11,966 nt of DNA. Origin: Adineta steineri (Eukaryota). Position 1 is the first letter of the stretch; every line of letters begins with the position of its first letter. Below, in pieces: positions 1-9,237 of the stretch. The position numbers and the translations under genes are program-made. The notes below the pieces were generated by a model, which was given only the letters and a program-made list of their open reading frames with translations, was not told the origin of the DNA and did not search any database. The stretch spans positions 34,111 to 46,076 of the forward strand of contig CAJNOI010000024.1 in assembly GCA_905250115.1 (NCBI GenBank), read 5' to 3'.

Positions 1-240
1 AAACGTATTCTTATGAAAGAAAATTACTGTGACGTAACGGTGTGGTACTCAGATCATCGATTACAAAGTGAAGAACCAGATATATGGAAGTTCTTGTACC
101 AGAAATTAATTTCCGAAAGACAACAAACGAATCATCGTATGATAATAGTGTATGCTGATTTTACTGACTGTCACTATAAGTTAAAAGACAACACACTTCT
201 AAGACTATCGATGCGATTGCCAGATAATCTTCAAGGATGA
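1..240 (+). CDS. 3'-terminal coding fragment of an unidentified gene; the 5' part lies outside the window
   Basis: The frame is open from base 1 (KRIL precedes the listed Met at 13) to TGA at 238-240. The residue mix (W, C, H, D/E) is not low-complexity, unlike the neighbouring AT-rich spurious ORFs. No family is recognised. Confidence 0.4.
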   Translation, partial: KRILMKENYCDVTVWYSDHRLQSEEPDIWKFLYQKLISERQQTNHRMIIVYADFTDCHYKLKDNTLLRLSMRLPDNLQG

Positions 241-533
241 AGACTATTGTAGACACAACTAGGCGATATTTATTCTGCATCGGCGTCTACATTCATAAAA
301 AAATTCATATTATAAAACTTTTGATTAAATATCTTAATATAAAATCTTAAATATATTTCCAAACGAGATACTTCTATGAATACCCTCAGAGCTTGTATTA
401 TCGAAGAGATATAGGAATCAGATTTAATTTTAATTTTGAAGAAATAAAAATTGAGAATGTATAAATACAAGATAAAGTTAATGTTCATTTTTTTATATTA
501 TGAATTTTTTTTCTTTTAAGTAATATTATTCTA

Positions 534-1586
534 TTATGGATGATTAGTATGTGTTTGTGTTTTTTGACTTTTTTGTAAAACAGACATTCGATGCGTTTCA
601 TCATGAATTCTATTCAGTCGATTATGATTGAAACGACAATATTGTCTAATAATCTTTGAAAGTTCCTTGCGAAAAATAGTGCCCGTTAATGTATACAAAA
701 AAAAAGTACTTGAGTGAGCAAAATATGTCAATTCACTTGCAATTCGACTAGCTAAATTTTCTTGAGCAAGTCGAAGTGTATTTTTAACAACATTAAGAGT
801 AAATGAAGAATAAAGTTGAATAATAGATATGGGTAAAGTACAGATAAAGATTACGAGTACTTGAGCAATTAACATACGTAATAATTGAGTATCTGTTCGT
901 CGAACTTGTCTATTAGTTTCGAAATTCACTGGAATTACAAGACGATGTTGATGAAGATTTTTCAATGTAAGAAGACCAAAAAAAAGCATCAAAATCGATG
1001 GACAAAATGAATATAAAGCCAAATTCCATAAACCAATAAATGTACGATAAATACCTTTTCTACCAAAACATGCTGGTGTTATATTTCCAAATTGATCAGA
1101 TGAATAGCTTATTTCATAGTAAACGAGCATGTGACTATGCAAAAGAATAATCACAATGCTAGTGATAAGAATAACTATTTTTGCTATCTTCAATGAACTC
1201 ATCTGACGAAAATGTGCATTTGCTGAACTATGTAAAAAACGATCGATGCATGCGATTACTATAAACCAAGAAGATGCTGAACGTGTTATATAGAATACAA
1301 AGAATTCGATTTTACAAATTCCAAGATTATAATTGGCTTGATCGATATTGAAACTTACTGCTAAAACACGTACAGGCTGTAGAATGAGTACGTAAATTAA
1401 ACTGAAACATGTTGACCAAAAAAAATATGCTGCACATGGTTCACGACACATAGATGGTCGACTGAAAATAAGAATATTAAATATAAGTCCGATTCCACCT
1501 GGTATAATACTAAATAATGATAGAATCAGTATGGTTTTCGAGGATGCATCATTCAATTCATTGATTGTAACATTAACAAACGACAT
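534..1586 (-). CDS. Rhodopsin-like (class A) orphan G-protein-coupled receptor, single exon, 350 aa
   Basis: ATG at 1586-1584. There are seven hydrophobic segments: ILILSLFSIIPGGIGLIFNILIF, AAYFFWSTCFSLIYVLILQ, FFVFYITRSASSWFIVIACI, IAKIVILITSIVIILLHSHML, FIGLWNLALYSFCPSILMLFFGLL, LLRMLIAQVLVIFICTLPISII and LTYFAHSSTFFLYTLTG. A DRF (DRY-variant) motif sits at the end of TM3 (IACIDRFLH). The extracellular N-terminus has an N-glycosylation sequon (NVT), Cys residues sit before TM3 and in ECL2, and the third intracellular loop and C-tail are basic. Confidence 0.85.
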   Translation of the reverse strand: MSFVNVTINELNDASSKTILILSLFSIIPGGIGLIFNILIFSRPSMCREPCAAYFFWSTCFSLIYVLILQPVRVLAVSFNIDQANYNLGICKIEFFVFYITRSASSWFIVIACIDRFLHSSANAHFRQMSSLKIAKIVILITSIVIILLHSHMLVYYEISYSSDQFGNITPACFGRKGIYRTFIGLWNLALYSFCPSILMLFFGLLTLKNLHQHRLVIPVNFETNRQVRRTDTQLLRMLIAQVLVIFICTLPISIIQLYSSFTLNVVKNTLRLAQENLASRIASELTYFAHSSTFFLYTLTGTIFRKELSKIIRQYCRFNHNRLNRIHDETHRMSVLQKSQKTQTHTNHP

Positions 1587-2558
1587 GTTAGTATTTCTTA
1601 AATGTATATCTTATGGTTACAATCTAAATATGCAAAAAAAAGATAATGAGACAGTAAAATTCAGTAACACATTAATGTGAGTTAGAATATTATGTTTTAA
1701 CAGCATGAAATAATTTAAACCTATAACAATATAATGAATAACTACTTTGAAATCTAATCTTGAGTTACCTTATTTGAGTTATAAAATAAATGCAACGTCA
1801 AACTGTCGCCTATTGCTTCGACACATAGATTAAAAAAAGGAAGCCCGTATTTGCTTACGGTAGAAAAAAATTCATAAACTAGAGATTATAAATAAGACAA
1901 GAACTTTCCCTCAAGTACATTAGATAAGCAGACAAAAGTTTATAAATTATAATTTACGATGATTATGGATTGGTATAGACACAGCATGAAAAGTCTTTCA
2001 TATCAAGGTGATAGTTGAATAGAATATTAAATAAGTACAGTACTCACAGCAGACATGATTTATGTAGTTATTAGCGTTAACATTCTAATAAATAGAATCA
2101 GTTTCTTCTATCGATTACATATAGATATAAGGATTGTATATTTAGGTAAAATTTCTTTTATTTTATTAAAGAAATGTAATTCTATAAGCATCTTATAGTT
2201 GACATGGAAACAACAAGCATGACATCCATTCTCATTCTTAAAAAACTAATATCATTTATTAGAAATCATACATGTGTACCGATTCACTACGAGCTACATC
2301 TTGAATATAAAATAATTACCGAAGGGTATGAAAAAAATATGACATCCCTTCGCGTCTCATTTTAATTAGATTTTATGCACTGCTTTCATCTTTTTTAAGA
2401 AAAAAAACTATATAATGTGATTATTAATTTTATATTATGTTGGACTAATTTATGTTTGTTGAAATGTGTGTTTTTACATATGAGAAGTTCATACAAGTTT
2501 TAGTTTGATTAGGATTAGATTTTTATCAGAGTAAAACGCTTAGGTCAACAAGCCTCTA

Positions 2559-2569
2559 TAGCTCAGTGG
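2559..2569 (+). promoter_or_regulatory. Pol III internal promoter A box of the tRNA gene
   Basis: TAGCTCAGTGG matches the TRGCNNAGTGG A-box consensus at tRNA positions 8-18. Confidence 0.7.
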
Positions 2570-2601
2570 TAGAGCGCCAGTCTTGTAAACTGGAGGTCCG
2601 T

Positions 2602-2611
2602 AGTTCGATCC
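2602..2611 (+). promoter_or_regulatory. Pol III internal promoter B box of the tRNA gene
   Basis: AGTTCGATCC matches the GGTTCGANNCC B-box consensus, with one mismatch at the first base, within the T arm. Confidence 0.7.
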
Positions 2612-2626
2612 TGCGTGGAGGCATTA

Positions 2627-2635
2627 TTTTTTTTT
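2627..2635 (+). terminator. Pol III terminator (T9 run)
   Basis: A run of nine T begins 4 nt after the discriminator base of the tRNA. Confidence 0.8.
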
Positions 2636-3313
2636 CTTCAATATCTCAACTTATTCACTATTTACTTTAACTGAAAGCATTAGTAGAGCAAAGTATCTGT
2701 ATATCGGAGTTAACTATTTATTATAGGCTTTGACATCCTATAAAAATCATAAAATTCTTAAACAATTATCTATGTTCTTCAATATAAAAAAAAATACAAA
2801 CTGTATACCATTTGATAGAGCTTTTAAAGAACTACAAAACGAACTATTCAATATATTTTTATCTGTCTCACTAATATTCAATAAATATATATTAATTGAG
2901 AATCTAGATTTTTTCTAACGATTACTTAACAAAATCTCGTTACAACCTTACCTTTCATGATGTTACAATAAATTGTTTTCATCTTTCAAAAGTTCTCAGT
3001 CGAGTTCATGTTTTTATCAAGGTAAAGGAAATTAATATACTTCAAGTCCTTGTATACTCACTTACATTCTCAAGATGAGTTTGTAAGTTAAAAATAAAGC
3101 AGAAAAATCTTGAATAGACATAAAATAATTAACATGAGATACAGGGATGTGTCGCAGAGAAAAAAGTGAGGAGAGGAGCGCAGAACAGTTTCTTTTTACA
3201 ATAAAATGTACAACTTTGCTGGGAAAAACTGAAAATTTTTCAAAAGCGGAAGGTGCGCACTCTCCTACACCTCTAGGGCGGCACATTTCTGGTAAAACAC
3301 ATTGTTTTATTTA

Positions 3314-4319
3314 TTATGAAATAGATATTCGTGTTAGCGTGCCTTTTCTGTTTCTGAGTACGGTCAACTGTTGACAAGATTTCTTTATTTCTTCATCAAA
3401 TTCTTTCACATCAACAAATGTCGTTCCTTGACCACGTGGCATGATATGATAATTATGACCATAAGAAATATCAGTAATTTGTTTAACTCTAACTTGATTA
3501 TCAATTTTTAGCATAGCTGCATGAGCACATCCATCACCAATATATTCTCGAACCATTAAATCATCTCGAATTAGTTCTTGAATAAAAGTTTGAACTCGTT
3601 TTGATTCATAAAACCATTTCAAACGAATAATAAAAAAATTATTATAAATACAACTAGAAACGTCGGATGTATCGTAAAGAAAATGTTCTAGAACGGGTAC
3701 CATTGGTGTAATCGGTTCCCAATATTCAGCTCGATAAATATAATCGAATTTTTGTCGATGTATATAAAAAAAAAGATCCTTTTTTAGTTACATCAGAAAA
3801 ATACGAATCAGCATCCATTCTCATGAGATAATCGTAATGACCTTCAGTAATTGCTGGATGATAAAAGATATCATACGTTCAAAACTGACACATAATACGA
3901 TATCCAATTGTTTTGGCCAATCGTGATTCATTGGCTGGTTGTGATGATGTTTGAAAATTGGCAAGTGCAAACGAAATATTCATTTGTGTATTGTTTTTAA
4001 TTGTACATGATAATATATATTGACGCATAACAGAAGTAAGATTTATATCATGAAAAATAATTAATGGATAGAAAGTATTATTCTTAGTCGAATGAAATTT
4101 TACTATTGAATGAATCATATTAATAGTTAAAAGAATTGTTCGAGTATCACTACGAATAAGTGTTGTGATGACACCTCGTGGCTGAATGTAATTATCTTCT
4201 AAGCGAAATGAGTAATTTTTTTCAATAACATTAAAGCATATAGGAATGATAACAAGAATAATTAACAATATTAATATTTTTGATAATGAAACAGTTCCAG
4301 TACAATAGTTCAACTTCAT
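3314..4319 (-). pseudogene. GT15-family (Kre2/Mnt1-like alpha-1,2-mannosyltransferase) homologue; intronless, with an in-frame TGA and a +1 frameshift
   Basis: ATG at 4319, followed by a type II signal anchor (ILILLIILVIIPICF). Several blocks resemble yeast Kre2: RGVITTLIRS and YPLIIFHD (Kre2 YVTLVRN, YPWVFLND), GYRIMCQF (SYRHMCRY), HYDYLMRMDAD (YDWYWRVEPD), CIYNNFFI (CHFWSNFEI), IGDGCAHAAML (WGDAPVHSIAAAL) and ISYGHNYH (IGYHHPPY). A TGA at 3879-3881 interrupts the conserved block MCQF*TYDIFYHP. Homology continues in the same frame to about 3780. It then moves +1 at an A6 run (T6 at 3780-3785 on the + strand) into the frame of ORF 3314..3703 (SDVTKK/DLFFYIHRQKFDYIYRAEYWEP). Confidence 0.65.
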
Positions 4320-4506
4320 TATTAATTGTTAATAGAATAACTCATTTCTTCTATAAAATGTTGAAAATAAGCAATAATTTATTTATTTATTTAAGTGTAC
4401 TAAAAGTATGATTTTAGTAGTTTTTGATTAACTATGTGAACAATCACAGTTGGATTATACTTAACTCATATTATTCGGCTTGTAAATATGATACAATCTA
4501 ACAATA

Positions 4507-4778
4507 TAAAACACCCAGTCTTTATCAATCCTTCAAGTCATTTAAATTTACTATTGTTTAGACTATACAACGCTATTGTTAAACTTTAAAGAATTAGACG
4601 GGAAGAAAAAAAGGGCTGGGGGTGACTGTTAAAAGACCGGAAATTTCCGAACTTTTGACAGTTAACCCCAGTCCTTTTTTTCTTCCCGTCTAATTCTTTA
4701 AAGTTTATCAATAGCGTTGTATAGTCTAATCGATAGTGTTTAAACGACTTGAAGGACGGGTAAAGACTGGGTGTTTTA
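4507..4778. mobile_element. Foldback / MITE-like non-autonomous element: 272-bp near-complete palindrome with possible TA target-site duplication
   Basis: The left arm (4507-4643) and the reverse complement of the right arm (4644-4778) align end to end at roughly 88-90% identity by eye, with about 14 mismatches and one 2-nt indel. The arms abut at the perfect palindrome CGGAAATTTCCG, so there is no loop. The termini are TAAAACACCCAGTC...GACTGGGTGTTTTA. There is no coding capacity, and ORF 4586..4786 is an artefact of the palindrome. Confidence 0.6.
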
Positions 4779-7286
4779 CATAGCAAAAACTATTCTTGTT
4801 TGTCATCCATCGTATAAGACTGGTGCAGACCTAATTAGTATGGCTTGCACGAATAAGTATTAAATTGTTGTTGTCTATAAAAGTGTGTTATACATGTTGA
4901 AGATTGATTAGATATTATACATACTATCTATTAACTGATGAAATTAAATATCGGAGTTTATAACTTACAACTAAAAGAAGAAGCGTGCTCTGTAATACTT
5001 GTCATTAGAATAAAAAAAGAGATTTAAACTCATGCTTTTCTATATAGATTCTAATAAAAAAGCTTGTGTTATTTTAGGCAGATTTGAAAAAATATAAAAA
5101 AACTTTTTCTTGTTTAGTAAAAAAATTCTAACTACATTACTACATTTTATAAGAATTGATTGTCAATATTAAGAACTGTTTACAGATACATACGATAGAA
5201 AACAGCGATGTTATATAACACTATCTATAGTTCACGTTTACCATACCTGACAATATTATTGAAACATTCTATACCATTATTTAAAAAAAAGAGCAAGCAA
5301 TAGCGGTAGATTTTTTAGAGTTCTTTTTAACAATGTCGATAATATATCGTATAGCATTCTGTATGAACGTTATAAAGAGGGACTGAACATGACTGTCATG
5401 TTACTACGTAATCAATTGATGTAAAGTGGTTTACGAGTGAGTATAATTTACTAGGATATTGTCAAGAGAAAGACATAATTATAAGAGCTATTAGAAGCGA
5501 AAAATACGATTAAATTATCATTAGTTTATAATTAGTGAGACCGAATATTTTACTCTAAAAAGAAAAACAATGGAAGATAAACCTTAACGGAAATAACAAC
5601 ATTTTTTTATTGTATTATTCAAGAAAACTAACTAACAGAATAGAAAAAAATTATTAAAAATATAAGAAGAAAGAAGTTGTAGAAAGAAAGGAAAAGCAAA
5701 AAAAAGTGGAAGAAGGAACAACACTATTGATTAATAATTTATCTTAAATAGTTCTATCGACAATCAGTCGTTCTTTTTCTCATAAAATGTTCATTATGAA
5801 CCGTAATTTTCTGGTATAGTGTATCCTTTTCTGAATTCATTGCAATTAACAGACGAGAATGAATCAAATAAAGTTGTTATTAGTATCGACGTTTGTAAAA
5901 AAAACCTATTCGTAAAATTCATTAAAACGAAATGTGACTATATCTTTATCAGAATTTATTTAACGATTTAACAGTAAGAATCAATTCATGTAACGATAGA
6001 ATTGAAAGATGTAGTCTTTCTGGAAACAACGTATCTTATAACTTAAGTAAAAACATAATATATAATTTTTCTGAAGCAAGCAATGAAGTTTGTCGTGTTC
6101 TACTTCTTTTCAAGTGTTCTATATACATCGCCTGTTTGACTTAAATTTCTTTCATTAATTATTGGATTTCAAGGCGTTTTATATTACATAAAACATAAAG
6201 TATATCAATGCAAATGCGGTTTTGAATAAGAACAATCTAATAATGAATAAAAATTTTATGTGATATATTCTACATAGGTTTTCTAAAAACATGTTCTTCG
6301 TTTTGGTAAAGAAGTTTTTAGTAAATCAAAAGGAAAAGAAACGAGATAGACAATTATATATACTAGATGATACTTGACTTTAAGATTTTTACAGGTTTCT
6401 AAACATTCACAAGTGTCCTAGAATTGAGTTAAATTTATATACTATCAAAATACAAGTGACAATAATTTAACATGCAGATGAAATTATCTAAATGGAGAAT
6501 TTAAACTAACATGTGTTGCATAAGAACACCGATGATTCAGCATGTATTATCAGTTGTAAAAAATTTGTTTTTTCTTTTCGTTTCCATTATCTCGAAAACT
6601 GAAAAACAATTAAAATCATGTTTTTGTAACGCTTCCTATAAATGAACTATAAGCCTCCTGTTCAAAACGAGTATTTTTGTGATGTTCCTTTTTTGAGATC
6701 ATCGCGACGCAAAATGACAAATTTTATTATGTACGTCTTGAAAGCAGTCTAACATTATGGTTTCGAGAATTACATTACTTTTCTAAGAAAAGCTTTTTTT
6801 TAGAAAAATATAACATTTATAGAACGACTACGAAGCCAATTTTTACATGTTTAAGCCACACATATGTACACGTTTAGATAATAATTATTATTTTTATATT
6901 TTTTGTTTTAATTTGATCTTTAAGAAATTATAAATTTGAATTTTATATAAAATTATTCAAGGTTAGAAGACTACGGTATCCTAAATAATCATTTGAATTC
7001 ACGAGTGAAGATTTTATATAGATTCATAATTTAATGTAGTTGTGAGATAAATATAATATCCACACCCAGTCCTATATGTAATTGCAATCGTCATTACATT
7101 TTCATCCTATTTATTTGCACAAAGTTGTTTCAGACGTCTGTAAATATTGAATGTATAAATTTTTCTCATATACAGTTACAATCATACCCATCCTCAAGCA
7201 TTCACTACTTTGCTGTATTTACTAAATAGTTCGACTCATTTAGATGTAATTTGTTTCTTTCATACGATTTGCATATTTATTTATGA

Positions 7287-7304
7287 AATAATAATAATAA
7301 TAAT
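7287..7304. repeat. (AAT)6 microsatellite
   Basis: Six perfect AAT units read directly from the sequence. Confidence 0.9.
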
Positions 7305-7387
7305 AAAATTAAAATATGTGCATCAGGATTAGATGAAAAAGGAATAAAATGATTACATGTTAATATAAAAAAGCAAAAGTGATGAGT

Positions 7388-7875
7388 TTATTTGGCAAGT
7401 AATAGCCCGATGAATATGGCCATCATTCCTATTACAAGATTTGTTTTTGTCATCGAACCTCCATTGCACAAATTTGTTGTACAACAATATTGGTTGAACT
7501 CTATACCCATACCCAGAGGCGTAACAGTACCCGCGGTGCAGTTTCCCTCACCAGGACCGCGTGAAACGGCGTTGTCGTTACTCTTAGCTACCAATTTCTA
7601 TTGAAAACAAAATTATATAAAGATCCAGATAAGAATATCAAAATACGTACAACGCAATGATTGATATCTGTATTAGATATTTGCAAGACACCACTACCTT
7701 CTTTTTTGAATGATGGACCACATCCATCTGTACCTTGGCTACAAAGATAGCAATTGATAGCATCAGTCTTCTGCTGTACCACTGAATGATTTATATAGTA
7801 AGTATGAGTTTAGATACTACGATAATATAACTTACTGAAGACCAATAGACAAAGAAAACTGATAAGTAGCTTCAT
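7388..7875 (-). CDS. Ly6/uPAR (three-finger, CD59-like) GPI-anchored protein, 126 aa, three exons
   Basis: Exon 1 is 7875-7836 (MKLLISFLCLLVF signal peptide, ending in phase 1 at donor GTAAGT). Intron 1 is 54 nt with acceptor TTCAG. Exon 2 is 7781-7651 (..AINCYLCSQGTDGCGPSF..INHCV, donor GTACGT). Intron 2 is 53 nt with acceptor AATAG. Exon 3 is 7597-7388 (KLVAKSN..GNCTAG..QYCCTTNLCNGGS followed by the hydrophobic tail LVIGMMAIFIGLLLAK and a stop). Reading frames are conserved across both junctions (40+131 nt = 57 codons). The mature domain has 8 Cys, with the hallmark CxxC start and CCxxxxCN end of LU domains. Confidence 0.8.
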
Positions 7876-9237
7876 GATCAACTGTTATTCTGTGTCGAAG
7901 AAATATGATGAATCCTGTATAAAGTTAAGAATCGAATGAGAATTATGTGAGAATTACTCTAATTTATACTCGTTCGTTACTAAGTCGTTGTTGACATTAT
8001 GGCCTACAGAGAAAAAAAATGAAGAAATGAATATATTTTTAACTGACACCGTTCTTTTCTGGATCATTATTTCATAACATATTCATGATAAACATATATA
8101 CATATACATCAAAATCATTGAAAAATAACTTTAAGTATCAACAGCCTGTTCGACGCCCACTCTCTTTATATTATATTACCAAGATGAAATTTGAAACATA
8201 ATACGCTTCTGTGTATTTGCTTTTATGTTTTTATCGATATAAAATATCTTCTCGGCGCAAAAGATTCTTTAAGGTGGATGTGTATGCATGAGATGATGAA
8301 AACGGTTCCATCCAACGATATCCTCATTCACATTCTCAAGATGACAAATCAGTAGAAATAATATTATAAAATTTTCCTCAATGTATTTTTCTCGTCACGT
8401 CTATACAAACTGATGCAAATTACTCAACTATAAGAAAAAATAGCTTTTTAAATTGAACACTGACATAAATATGACAGAACATGCATAATATGTATATATC
8501 CTTTCACAATAGATATTAACGTTTTGATGTTTTTTAAGACACAAGTGTTATTTTTCATTTATAAACTCATATTATGAAAACATAGAAATAACTGAAGATT
8601 TCATCTAATGTTTTGTCTATGAGACACCTTTATCTGTAGTGACGTGTTCTTATCAGTACACGTTTCACTTACTTGTGCAACACAGACATGTCTTGGTAAA
8701 ATATTTTTACATAATTCTTGGTGATAATCTAACAAGTATAAATATGAAGCACAATATAAATTACCGCTTATGTTACCGTTACATTAGATGCGTATCGTGT
8801 ACAGGTAAGGCCCGAATATGTTTTAAATTAGAATACTGAAGACATAGAGATTCAGAGTTTGGTCTACGTTTTTATGGAATCATCCCCAAGAGTACGATGA
8901 AAAACTGAATAGATAGATTTTTTTTTCTGAAGAACGTTGGAAATTTAATCATCATCGATAGTAACCGTCATTCAGATTCCTAGATCGTTTTCTGTCAATG
9001 ACTGAGACGGGCGTACAAAAGAGTGTATTTTATCACATCAAGAAAGTCTTTCTTTTTCGTTATTAGTCTAATTGAATAGCTCTCTTTAACTTCTTGGTTA
9101 GAAGGAATCTTGTTTTCAAGAGTTTCTCAGAGAAAAATTTAAAAGTTAATCATATGCTCTCCTATTACCTATGGAAAAGATTTTTTAAATCTCCGATAAA
9201 TTAATTACATTTTTATTGTAGAGAAAAAAACTAGTAA

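Larger units (their letters stand above)
2552..2623 (+). tRNA. tRNA-Thr, anticodon UGU, no intron
   Basis: The cloverleaf was folded by hand. Acceptor stem GCCTCTA/TGGAGGC (one G-U pair). D arm GCTC-AGTGGTA-GAGC. Anticodon stem CCAGT/ACTGG with loop CTTGTAA, anticodon TGT at 2584-2586. Variable loop AGGTC. T arm CGTAG-TTCGATC-CTGCG. Discriminator A at 2623. Confidence 0.95.

Noticed and set aside
270-488. ORF 270..488 (-), 72 aa
   Set aside because: The translation is an extremely AT-rich, low-complexity I/L/F/K/Y/N sequence. It lies in the convergent 3' intergenic gap between two genes, and nothing supports it as coding.
2198-2739. Recurrent TGACATCC motif (2220, 2340, 2731) with partial 26-30 nt similarity between the first two copies
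   Set aside because: The matches are short and interrupted by indels, show no consistent periodicity and have no clear relation to the tRNA or GPCR promoters.
2730-2918. ORF 2730..2918 (+), 62 aa
   Set aside because: It starts at TTG rather than ATG, has AT-rich low-complexity composition, lies just downstream of the tRNA terminator and shows no recognisable motif.
3054-3290. Possible U1- or U5-like snRNA (ATACTCACTTAC.. start, CUUUUUACAAUAAA loop, AAAAUUUUUC Sm-like site)
   Set aside because: The invariant U5 loop (GCCUUUUACUAAAG) and the U1 5' end (AUACUUACCUG) are not matched. The spacing is far too long, and the Sm-like site has C where G is expected. I kept it only as an unclassified structured candidate.
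3062-3374. Overlapping ORFs 3062..3286 (-) and 3147..3374 (+)
   Set aside because: They are mutually antisense ORFs that are open only because the local GC-richer island lacks stop codons. The + ORF also runs antisense into the GT15 C-terminus. Neither has a coding-like sequence.
3879-3881. In-frame TGA in the GT15 homologue as selenocysteine, Trp recoding or programmed readthrough; the A6 run as a programmed frameshift site
   Set aside because: TGA terminates other genes in the window. The aligned position in GT15 is not a catalytic Cys/Sec site. Two independent lesions in one gene are explained more simply by pseudogenisation, or by sequence error for the homopolymer.
4586-4786. ORF 4586..4786 (-), 66 aa
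   Set aside because: It lies entirely inside the foldback palindrome, and the mirror arm does not preserve the frame. It is an artefact of the repeat.
5386-5402. 17-bp perfect palindrome AACATGAC-T-GTCATGTT
   Set aside because: A single 8-bp-arm palindrome is within chance expectation for 12 kb, and it has no associated feature.
6083-6139. Signal-peptide-like mini-ORF (MKFVVFYFFSSVLYTSPV, then TGA)
   Set aside because: It resembles the Ly6 signal exon, but I could find no consensus donor or in-frame downstream exon. The best candidate, a 40-nt GTTTGA..CAAG intron, runs into a stop after 5 codons.
7062-7071. 10-mer ACACCCAGTC identical to the foldback element terminus (4511-4520)
   Set aside because: The similarity does not extend beyond 10 nt, and no matching opposite terminus lies nearby. 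It is too short to call a solo terminal inverted repeat without genome-wide data.
7392-7604. ORF 7392..7604 (+), 70 aa
   Set aside because: It is an antisense shadow of Ly6/uPAR exon 3. The minus-strand reading has the diagnostic CCxxxxCN motif, the GPI tail and spliced upstream exons.
8639-8839. ORF 8639..8839 (+), 66 aa
   Set aside because: It starts at GTG rather than ATG, has no recognisable domain and no flanking splice signals giving an extended frame. It is probably a chance ORF.
1621-9222. Polypyrimidine-AG sites within 40 nt upstream of the start codons of the GPCR (about 1621-1637, - strand), GT15 (about 4354-4363, - strand), Ly6 (about 7881-7889, - strand) and zinc-finger gene (about 9212-9222), as possible spliced-leader trans-splice acceptors
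   Set aside because: T-rich AG sites are expected by chance at this AT content. No SL RNA gene or known SL sequence was found in the window. Only transcript data could test this.
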